Shown here: piece by piece, positions 26,701 through 37,200 of the stretch
Position numbering within the stretch: the stretch's first letter is position 1
Layout of the letters: every line of letters begins with the position of its first letter
Source: Anthoceros angustus
Lineage: Eukaryota; Plantae; Anthocerotophyta
Assembly: GCA_010909165.1 (NCBI GenBank)
Contig: VJWM01000227.1
Location: 186,001-250,000 of the forward strand
Direction: 5' to 3'
Length of the DNA: 64,000 nt
Notes under the pieces: model-generated
Databases searched by the model: none
Told to the model about the DNA's origin: nothing
Seen by the model: the letters and a program-made list of their open reading frames with translations, nothing else
Translations under genes and position numbers: made by a program

Positions 26701-28989
26701 GTAGTCATTAACAATTTTGGGCTGTTCGGGGTGCAAAGCGGAGGCGATCAATTATGTACTTTGCCACCGTAAAACATGAAGTGGCTTATAGGTGAAGAAG
26801 GACAGAGCTCACACAGTGAATTACCTTGAAGGAGCATTCATTCAGAAATTCTTGGTTGTCCAAAGCTTCCTTCAGCTGGGCAAACTTTTTGTACAAATCA
26901 GTTCTAGGAGTTGCTAGATACTTAATCCTCTCCTGCGCATTGGACCGGTGTGAGCCTTCAGCCATTTCAGTCTTGACTAAATTCATCAAAATAAGGCAAG
27001 GATCATCCACAGCAGAAAATTCACGAAGGGAGAATCCACACCTCTCCACTTAGCCTCTCCCTGATGACAACTGTTTCATATTTCTTGTACCCAGGACCCT
27101 GCATATTCCACGTATTGAGCAGTTAACCTTGGGTGCAACATCCATATAAAATAGGGAATGACACAAAGGACCCTTCAACGTGCAACTACCATGATCCACT
27201 CTTTGGGTACGCTTCTACTGCGTCGGTCTCCATTAAATTGCCGCTTGCTACGAGCAACATGTATCTTACAGGTGCATCTCAAGGGGTTGGGCTCCCCATC
27301 TCCATGTCCACTGTGCAGGTTGCATCCGAATTCATCTCTGTATGCATGTAAGCCAGTCATGGGTGACCGAAGATATGCTGGAACACTAAAAGGGTAAGAA
27401 TATAGAACTTGCATACGTGGGGTCTAGTGGTTTCCATGTCCCAAAGCCTTTTTGGTCATCATCACCATCCCCAACGTCACCTTTGCCACCACTATCATCA
27501 TCACCTCCGTCACCACCACCACCTCCTCCCCCACAACCAACTCCTCCTCCACAACTGACTCCTCCCCAACCACATTCACCTCCATCTTTCTCTGCTTGGC
27601 TGTCACTACCTATGCAGGATTTCCACGTTGCAGAAGCTGTCCGGCCTATCACTGTAGAGAATGACATACAAGTGGTCTCTGATTGCTGATGCTTGTCCAT
27701 GTGATACTCTTTGGCCAAATGAAATTCCACACCATCCTTCACAAGTCACAGGAAACACCCAACTCAGGCTTTCTTGCAAACAAAAAGTGCAGTAAGCTGC
27801 TTGGACTGAACTCTGAGTAACGTACCTTGACAGCTTTCAGAGCACTCTTCTCAGATGTCCATCTGACATCCAGGGTTCTGTCCTGCGGGTCACTGCTCTT
27901 TTGTGATGAAACTCCTGCTCGGGATGAACCGTCCAGGGTCCAGTCATCGGAACTACTTGAGTCTTCCGCACCTGGAACTCCACAGAAGGGTAGACATGAC
28001 ACTCTCTTCCCTAATGTTCCTTTCTTGGTTGCCATGTTAATGATGTCCAAAGTGGTGCTTTGGCTCGTGATCTCCCCAGGCATTGGAAAATTCTGCAGAG
28101 TAATTCCACCAATCCTTGAGCTAGAATTACTTGAGGTTTCAAAGTCTCCTCCCTCCGGTGCTCTCCTCCGTGGCGATCCCCCGAAACAGGACGGACCAGA
28201 GCCAAAAGTTAGCAACCTTGAGCTTCGATCCTTGCCTTTAGGGCTACTACCGCACTGGAATGACAGGAAGTGTGACTTAGTGACACTGATGTCCTCATTC
28301 TCCACCGGGATTGTCTTTATGGTCAACAACCTAACACCACTCCTTGGGCAGGTAACTTCATCCTTCAAGCAAACTCCTCTGCCTTTCTTGGAGGTCTGGC
28401 TAAGCAACCCCATGTTCTTATTCCACTCACAGTCATCAGGAGCATGGATGCATGCCCCAGGTTGAACATCAATGTCAACAAGTTGTTTGGCTTTCTCCAT
28501 CTTCAATCTGGCAAGGTTTCTCCGTGGCTTCAGGTGTGCAGCTGTCAAACGTGACAAGCAGGAGACAGGAACCGTCAAAATCCATCAACCATCATCAAAC
28601 TTGTTAAAAAACCGAACAAGACCGTCATGCTCATCAAATGCCATGCCTCACAACTACGTTGCTTTCACTTGTCCTAAAGCACCAAAGAAATGTGGTTTAC
28701 TGCACAGGCAGCGAAATGAGCTCCTTCAACGCTCACACAGTCTTCAGCCAGCCAGCCAGCCAGCCAAACGACCAGTGATTTTCCAAACCGCTGGAAAGCT
28801 AAGCGGAAGGGCACAAGCCGACATACATTTGGCATCCGTGGAGGAGCCTGGCATGAAAGACAAGGGTTTGCAAGCAAGAAGAGCCTCGCAGCGCCGGATG
28901 CTGTCCTCGATTCCCACTTCCACTCCTTCATCCTCACCCACATCCAGGTCCCGCAACTTTTCCTTCTTCTTCGATGATTTCTTCGGCAT
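23742..28989 (-). CDS. Large multi-exon uncharacterised protein with repeated [CAF][TS]FxPxI motifs and a C-terminal T.PKPF motif; putative microtubule/flagellum-associated
   Basis: Minus-strand exons give ECSFK|PKIVN, MLSFWPQTN, GCTFRPQIN, QCTFAPVIN, ATFTPKIS, FKYRPEID, FSFQPQ, ECTFQPIIN, then KGLERHLELQRIAK and YTIPKPFVF. The start MPKKSSKKKEK at 28989 and the exact exon structure are tentative. Confidence 0.7.
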
Positions 28990-29437
28990 GCTTGTGCCTT
29001 GTGCAATACCTGACGCTGGCTCATCAGCTCATGCCCGGGTGCTCCTGATCGCAGCCCAGACACATCAAGGCCAAGTCTGGAAAACCCAGTACATCCTGTA
29101 CATAAATACAACTCCAACAGACCCAATCTCACGTTTGCCCCTCCTCCAGCTTTTGAAGCCACCCAGGAGATCTTGGAAGTTCGATTGTCCTGGTCACGGG
29201 AATCTGCAGTTAAACGTAACTGTCACTGCTGTCGTTTGCAATCAGCTACTTAAAGCACCCAGTGGAGACCTGATACCATGTTCCCACCCCGCCAGACTGG
29301 CGGTCGGTCCATTCAACCCAAACTCCACCACCTCGCTCCGCCACAGCAGAATCGCCTCCAAGAACCAACAGTGGCCAGTGGTATCAGTGAACGTTTTGGG
29401 TTCCTGCTTTCCCGTCTGGAGAAAGCGGGTGAGCAGG

Positions 29438-29985
29438 ATGATTGCTCAGGCTGCATTCGCGCCCCCGGCACCTGCCGTGAGCAGCACCAGTTCCCGGATG
29501 CTGCTGCACCGGCCGCTGCGGCTTCAACCCAGTACGTCTTCCCCCATTACGATAAGCTAAGATCCGTTCAGGCTGCGTGTTCTCGTGCTTAAAGAAGGAG
29601 GATCAGTGTTTGTTTGTGCAGCAAGCAGCTGCGGAGCATTCGCACAACAGCAACCAGCTCCAGCTCTCAGGACTTGTCGAAACTGCAAACGACAATACGA
29701 CCCTTCGGAAAACCACCCAAGTGCTTGCCAGTATCATCCTGCACATTTTGGAGGTAACTGCAAGACATGCCTATGAGTTGCAGGTGTTCAGAGGACGATT
29801 TCCTATCCTCCTCTTGTTGCCTGTGTTCAGGTGAAACCAAACGGAAGTTTGAAAGCGTGTATTCAGGAGGCACCATGGACACTCCGGGCTCCGGTCAGAT
29901 AGTTCAGTACTGGCACTGTTGTGGGAGCAAAGATACCTTCAGTGTTGGCTGCCAAACATCCCCACATATCTCATACGATGACTAG
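29438..29985 (+). CDS. Small uncharacterised protein with a CxxC...C.YH...HCC...C...H zinc-binding (CHORD/Btk-like) motif and a transit-peptide-like N-terminus; exons 29438-29531, 29622-29753, 29831-29985
   Basis: Spliced product MIAQAAFAPPAPAVSSTSSRMLLHRPLRLQPTSSCGAF...CRNCKRQYDPSENHPSACQYHPAHFGGETKRKFESVYSGGTMDTPGSGQIVQYWHCCGSKDTFSVGCQTSPHISYDD*. GT-AG introns are in phase. Confidence 0.8.
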
Positions 29986-30570
29986 TTGGCGATTGCAGCT
30001 CTAGCTCTTCCTGTTGGGTTGGTTTTGGAGCACTTATTTTCTCCGACTGAGCTTACAACCTAATCCCACATTATGTAAGGTTCTTTGAAGAATTGTATTT
30101 TTTTGCTCAGGTGGGAAAAATGGACTATCTTTATTAACAACAAAACCCTCGCACCTAAGCGGAACCGAAAAGAAGCTACTTCGTCTAGACGTCGGTCCAT
30201 GTACAAAGCACGCCGATAGGATAAGGGCGGCTTTCCATGGACATCAATTTCCCTCCAGCAACTTCGGCCAGCCCAAAATGAAACTTCACGACAAAAAGCC
30301 AACGGGAACAGGGGAAGTTGATGTGAACTCCCCTAATGATCGAAAGAGACCGCCTCTAGCGAAATTGTAGGCAAGAGCTACTGGAACCGGGAACCTATGC
30401 GGCAAGGCTACGGGCCTTTGCTGGTAGAGGTGTAGGGGCTTCCTTCTCAATTCGCTTGCAATCCCTAGAGGGGATTGCAAGCTTCCATTGCATTCGTCGG
30501 TCTCGGTTCGTGTGGCAGTTTGCCATACCATACCTGCATTCGATGCAGATTTTGGAGGCTGTGCAGATCG

Positions 30571-31199
30571 ATGGGTCCGGAAGACGCAAGTCAGTCTCAA
30601 GCCTCCGCTGCGACTTCAACCTTCGTTCTTAATTGTCCCACAAGCTCAGCATCCTTGCCTTTAGCTTTGTTGCCGGAATTTGGTAGCTTCCATGCTTCCC
30701 CAATCTCACAACTTGGTGTAGGCCCTGTGCCCACAATTTCGAGCACCAGCCACGTTCCTCCCATGAACCAGACATTAAAGGCACCTCGAAAGTTGTGGAC
30801 ACTGCACGAACTTCATATCTTGCAGGCTGCCAAGAAGATAAACCACGAAGCTCGACTCTTGGGTGGCAGCAAGGAGAAAAATAAGAAGGCCACTGAACGA
30901 TGGGAAGAGGTGGTCACCTGTTGCAAGGCTAACGGTGTAATGTGCACAGCCAGCCAAGCGCGAAGCAAATGGGATAGGTGTAATGTGCACAGCCAGCCAA
31001 GCGCGAAGCAAATGGGACAGTTTGTCTCGGGACTTGAAAAAAATCAATGATCATTGCCGGCATCCACTAAGTGGTCAGGACACATATAAGAAAAACATTA
31101 TCGCTTTAATTACATATGATACAACATTGCCTTTATTAGAACTTGAAAACAAAGAGGAAACAAAGAACCATCAAGTAAGCAACTTACCATCCGCGTTTG
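30571..31199 (+). pseudogene. Myb/SANT-like (trihelix) DNA-binding ORF, probably PIF/Harbinger ORF1; disrupted by a 43-bp duplication and by the Copia insertion
   Basis: RKLWTLHELHIL...ERWEEVVTCCKANGVMCTASQARSKWDSLSRDLKKI. Tandem duplication 30934-30976/30977-31019. The reading frame resumes after the Copia TSD at 61519. Confidence 0.7.
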
Positions 31200-31454
31200 T
31201 GATGAAGTAATGAGTACTTAGGGTGTTATCATAATGTTAAGTAACCTAGGGTTAGCTTATTAGTCACACATATAACTTAGCTTAAGCTATATATACCCTT
31301 TCATTAGGGTTGCGACCTTTAGCGAACAGACATGACTTTTCAGTTTTAGTTAAGTTGTCCAAGTCTCATAAACACTTTGGTTCTTTTCTTGATTATCAAT
31401 GATGTAATTATTTTATCTGATTTAATTAATCTGCATTATCTCTATAAATCGTCA
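31200..31454 (+). repeat. Copia 5' LTR (255 bp)
   Basis: tgatgaagtaatgag...ctataaatcgtca; differs from 61261-61513 at only a few positions. Confidence 0.95.
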
Positions 31455-32560
31455 TGGTATCGAGCATGATGATGCGGTTTGCATTCTAAAGAATGCACAT
31501 CAAATGTGCATTTCGGGATATGCACAAACATGCGTTTTGGTTGTTTTATGTTTAAGAATGCTTTCTTGAAATGAAACCCAAAATAAAATCAAGAACTTAA
31601 ATTTCTGGTTGTTTTCTTTATAATTGCTTGTTTACAAATTGCTGTTTTGCAAATCTAGTAGTTGCATTCTAATGTAGTTCTATTGATTGCTCCTATAGCA
31701 ATTCGATAGAACTTCACTAGAACACCGCTAGATAGTGCAAATAGCTTTTGTAAATTGATAAATAAAATCGAATGCATAAATTTAGCATTCTAACGAATAC
31801 AAGCCATTAAAAATGGCACACAACGAGGGCCAAATCTGGCAGCCTCGACCTGCTGAGCGAGTCAACCAACGCAATCGACCACTCAGGGGACAACCTAACG
31901 ACAGAAACATTGTTGAGCGCATTCACCAAGCGAGGTGGACACGAAATCAAGGCAGGCACACAGACGCCGCAGCTGCGTGAGGCTTACAATTTTCTGGTTT
32001 CCACCCTATACCCAGACTTTCAACATTTGTTAGTTGGTCCCCGTGAGCAAGTTCCGAAGCCAACCCTCCGGAGTTGCGTCCTAGGCTACTGATGTACATG
32101 GAAACCCTAATGGTTTCCTCACCACACTGCACCACAAACAGCAGTTTCACGATTATTTCCGGTGAATCTCACGCCCTATTTGTAGATAGGCGTTATGTAA
32201 ATCGAATAAGAGTGTTCTTTGGCGTAAGTGTGGATTCTGAGGATCTAAGGAGGCATTTGTACCACGGATTATAAAATCCATGTGTTGTTAAAGCGAAATT
32301 GTTGAAAAACCACGAATTTCGCACTTTTGCGTTAGATCAATCAAGCTGTACTAGCAATCGGTTTGATGATCCCAACTCACATCCTTCATGTGCAACCTAC
32401 ACTTACAATAGGTTCACATTAAGAAAGGAGCGATTGCGAAAGGAGGCACAAGCATCTAGCTTACATGAAGTAATTAGACACATTAACATACTTGCTCACC
32501 TCACGTAGATCTGCGAGGCAATAGATAGTAGCTTTAAACCCTTTTTTATAAGCCCTTACA

Positions 32561-34294
32561 ATGGGAGATCTAGGCTCCTCATCATGGTGGGGAAGGGTTC
32601 AAAGAAAGGATAGATTTGATGGTCGTCGTTATGATATTTGGGTCATGCGCATGAAAGGCGCACTTCAACCTGAAAACTACGGAAAACCACACAAGGTTTA
32701 GATGCACGAGGTGGCTTGGCACGAAAGGAAGGCGAGAACTCGAAATGAATCTTCCATGTATTTCATTAGAAGTGGACTCACAGACATGGTGAGGCAAAGC
32801 TGGTTGTGAGGCTGCTAATCAGGATCGCTGGAGGAGGCAGCAGGAAAGAACTCGGAATCGTATCGACCCTCAACAACCTTGACAATGTAAAATGCGTGAA
32901 GGAGAATGTGGAAAAACATATAATGACCTTGGAACCTTGGTCTCTAAAGCTGGAAAATGCTACCAGAAACCATCAAGGATGAAATCGACATTGTACTGTT
33001 GCTATCATTGCCTCCGTCATGGTCACACTTTGTGACATCAATTCATGCATCCCAATTACTGGTGTGGCCAGCGAAATCAGCCGACCTCAAAGTACCGAAT
33101 TAACATTTGCAGAACTTGTTGGGTCCCTCCTGGAAGAGGAGGCGACCAGAGGAGGACAAGGCAGGCGTGCTGGCAAGCAGCAAGCGCTGTTTACATCCAA
33201 CCGTGGGCGAGGTGGTGCAAGACCATACTCCAGAGGCGGTGGATCTGGTTCGTCCCGAGGTGGCAGCTCGCAAGGAGGCCACTCGACGCAGTTTGCAAAC
33301 AAGAAAAGTAAGAAGTCAGGGACTTGCAACTGGTGCAAAATCCACAGTCAGGGAGCGAATGCAGGAAAAAGCTAGCAGGCTTACCTCGAAAGGAGGAAGC
33401 GAAACCAATGTTGTGGTTAAGAAGCGACCATCGCCATCGCCCTCATGGTTGGGACGGAGTATACTAATCAGTCCTTGCACCACATGTTTGTCGGCAAAGA
33501 CAAATGCTAGGCAATTCACAGTGGTACTTAGACACAGTGCCTTTGCTCACATGTGTTTTGATAGAAGCATTTCGGACTTCTGGTCGATCGAGGACCGGTT
33601 TGTCTACCTTGGCGATAATAGGTCTCTTGTCTCTCAGGGATGGGGACTATTCACTGCCAGTACCATCTGGGTGTCTTGTCTCTCTTAGATGTTTATTTTG
33701 TACCTGAGATGACACGCAATCTAATCTCTGTTAGGCGTTTAAACATAGACAATAACAGTCACATTCTGTTCACAGCTACAGAGTGTAAGGTCATAGATGC
33801 CTTTTATCCTAACAGAGTTCTAGCCTACGGGTCTTCTGAACATGACCTGTTTCGTCTTCACACTAAGGGTGGAGTAGTACAGTCCCATCTAACACATGAG
33901 GACTCCCCAGCCTTTGCACAACAGATAGCGAAGTCTAAGTTGTGGCATGCTCAATTAGGTCACCCACACAGCAGCAAGCTGCAGAAATTAGCTGCTAGTG
34001 ACCTCTATGCTAATGGTCCTATTGGCAAATTAGTGCCTTTACCTTTATGTGAACCCTGTGTTCTTGCAAAACGCCATCAAGCAGCCTTTAGAAATAAGGC
34101 TCCTCACGAGCTTGAAGTCCACGGAGTTAGTGCCTGCAGACTTGTGTGGCCTTGTCAAAGACTTCCCTCGTGAAATATTTTCTGACCTTCACAGATGACA
34201 CGACACGTTTTGTCAGTGCTTATATCCTTAAAGCTAAAAGTGAATGCTTTTCACACTTCAAAGCTTCTCTGAAGTTTTCATAACGCTGGACTGG
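32561..34294 (+). pseudogene. Copia gag, protease, GAG-pre-integrase and integrase N-half (frameshifted)
   Basis: DRFDGRRYDIWVMRMKA (gag N-terminus), LTFAELVGSLLEEE, CNWCK knuckle, WYLD protease, LWHAQLGHP...CEPCVLAK and KYFLTFTDDTTR. Confidence 0.85.
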
Positions 34295-37200
34295 TGTGGG
34301 CTATGCACTTCCCTGGGGAGTTAAGAAATAAGTAGGGTTTCTGTTTTTTTTTTAGGATTGAAGGATAAATAAGGCGGAAAAGGAGGAATAAATTGGGGTA
34401 GCGCTTGGACGAGGCTCGGAGTATACTCCGGACTGGAGTGAACAACGGACCCGGTACCACTATGGCAAGCTCGGACTACGCCGAGTAGCAGGATAAGTCC
34501 GAACCCACTCCAGTCAAAATAGGATAAATCGCCGAAAGTAACCTAGGAGGCGTGAGGGCAGGCGGCGCCACGTGACGGCCCCGAGTGGAGGTCGGGCATG
34601 CGATGGGCGGGGCCGTAACCTTGCGAGGCCGTTATAGCGGTATTCACGCCCGCGCGTGGCGTAAGGCCAAGCAGGCGTAGGGTCGAGTAAGCCATGCGGA
34701 CCCCAGCGATTCGGACAACAGGCGCCTTCCGCCCGATTACTTCCACAAGCGAGGAGGAGGTCATTTATCGCGACCTCAGACAATCCTCACGGTCCCTTGC
34801 GCTCCAATCCGGCTCTCTGGCGCTATCTTTTGGGCGCCGATCGACAGGCGGCGCCACGTGGGCGGCCACAGAGTGGAGGTCGGGCATGCGATGGGCGGGC
34901 CGTAACCTTGCGAGGCCGTTATAGCGGTATTCACGCCCTGCGCGGCGGCGTAAGGCGAGTAAGCAGGCGTAGGGTCGAGTAAGCCATGCGGACCCACAGC
35001 GATTCTGGACAGCGCCTTCCGGTGATTACTTCCTGGCGGCCAAGGAGGAGGTCATTTGCTGACCTCAGACAATCCTCACAGTCCCTTGCGCTCCAATCCG
35101 GCTCTCTGGCGCTATCTTTTGGGCGCCCACGCGGCGCCGTCAAGGTTGGAGCGGCAGCGGCGAAGGAGGAACATCGTGCCGGACTCGGCCAGCGGCTCTG
35201 ACAAGAGGAGGAGAAAGCAATGGCACCCAAAAAGCGGCGGAGTCGGAGCCATGGACCCTCGTGGGCGCAACATTGTGACCCGGCGCTATCCGGACTTGCC
35301 TGGGGAGGAAGGGGGAATTGGTGCGGGAGTGGCATCGGCGTGTTCCAAATGGTCGGACCTTTGACGTCACTCTAGTCCGGAGTTTGCGGAAGATCTTGGC
35401 GATCAACAAGGAGGTCCGATCCAAGAACCTCCGGAGGACCGAGGCGATGGACCTTGGAGGTCCCGAGGATGGCCTACAACCAAGGAGGAAGAAGGGGCGT
35501 GGTGCAGGCCCCTTAAGGCGAAGGGAAGATAGGGCCGACCAGTGGCGATCTTGAGGCACAGGCAGCGGACAACCAGCGGATGGTTGATATCCGATCTGGG
35601 CGGTCGAGTAAGGCGGTAGCCGGATCATTGTCCATTGGAACTGCTCACCAAGGTGGATCACCTTGGTGATAACTCTGGTATTCTCGCATGCGCTCGGTGA
35701 GGAAGAGCGGTGGGAAGGATTATCTTCGCCGGTTGATCGGAGGCACAAGCTAAGGAGCGAAGCCCTCGCCATCGGTGACCCATACGATTCATGTATGGGG
35801 ACATTTCGAGCTCTGAAGGAGGAGAGCTTGAGCAGGCGCTCGGAAGGGGTGAGGCCCCGAGTAGAGCGTGCAAGGCGCCGAGGTGGGGGTCGTCCTTGAG
35901 ACCAAGCGGACTCGGGAGGAGGCGGGAGGATTCCGGACTCCATACGTGAGCGAACCCCTCACCACCCGGGGAAGTTTGGGAGGCGATTCCCCTTCCCTCC
36001 TTTTGGTGCCCCTCGAGGCGGCCGGAGGAGGCGTCTGGGGCGTTGGCGGCTCCGCACCGCGGCAATGACCAACAACCACGGCCGGCCCCGACGAACTCAG
36101 CGGGAGCCGAGAGGCGGAAGGCGGTGCCGCCTACCAGCGGCACCTCGGAAGGTGCGGTACCGCCAGAGTGGCAAGAGGCGGCGTGGGAGGCGAAGGGGCG
36201 TGGCCCAAGGAGGCGAGGAGGTCAGCGGCCCACCGAGCCAGTCCCCGGCGGAAGGGGCAAGAGCTTGCTCCGGACCCCTCACCTCCTCCGAGCCCGGAGA
36301 AAGAGGGCACAAAGGAGTTAGAGGCCAAGAGGGCCAAGAGGGTGAGACTCGGACCTCACCACTCGGGACCGAGGGTCCCTGATTAGGTCCGAGAACCCAG
36401 TCGGACTTACTCGGGGCTGCGGTATGGAGGTCCTTGGCGGACCGAGAAATGCCTCCACTACGGACTTTGTGGGGGCCTCACAGGCCGTGGAAGAAACACG
36501 GCGAGTCCCAGCTACCGTCATGGACGGAATGCTTTGGGGTCTCTGTGGTACAGTGGAAGACCCGAAGTGGAGGCCACCCGAGGAGGATGGTGGAACTCAA
36601 GAGCAAGTGAAGGCGGAGGGGCAAAGGAAAAGGCGGAGTCCCTCGCTCGGATCGAGGAAGGAAGCGCCGGGTGGCGAGCGAGGCCGGGCGGTTCAGGGGC
36701 CGGGCCAAGGTTCTTGATAGTGAAGCAAGCTCGAGGCCCAAGCGGGCGGAGGACCTTGCAGCGAAGGCGGCGGGAGGCGGAGAGGCAGGCACGCAGAGCT
36801 CGGGACTGGCGGAGGCGGCCGGCTAGCGGCGCCAAGTGGGCGAGCCAGTAAAGCGGCGAAGGAGTGAGCCGCGGCAAGCGGCAGGATCACTACGTGATCG
36901 GGCCGGTGGAGAGAGTCGTAGAGAGGCTAACTCGAAGGCCGCCGCAGTGGTATGGGCGAGCAAGGCCAGGAGGAGGCGAGGCGGAAGAGGCGGTAAGGAG
37001 GCGAGGCGGAAGAGGCGGCGGATGGAGGCAGCAGACGGACCTGGAAGGCTCGAGAGGCCCAAGCGGACTCGGGAGGAGGCGAGAAAGGCGGAGGCGAGGC
37101 CAGGCGGCGGAGGAGGATGGAGGCCGACTCGGGAGATAGGGGATCTCAAAATGCAGTGCAGAGGTAGAGGAGGCGGCGGATGGAGGCAGCAAGGACACTG

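Noticed and set aside
27450-27600. Pro-rich extensin-like plus-strand ORF
   Set aside because: Antisense of a Gly/Asp-rich low-complexity segment within the minus-strand gene.
28472-29560. 362-aa plus-strand ORF
   Set aside because: Mostly antisense to the first exons of the repeat-protein gene; only its last ~31 codons coincide with exon 1 of the zinc-motif gene.
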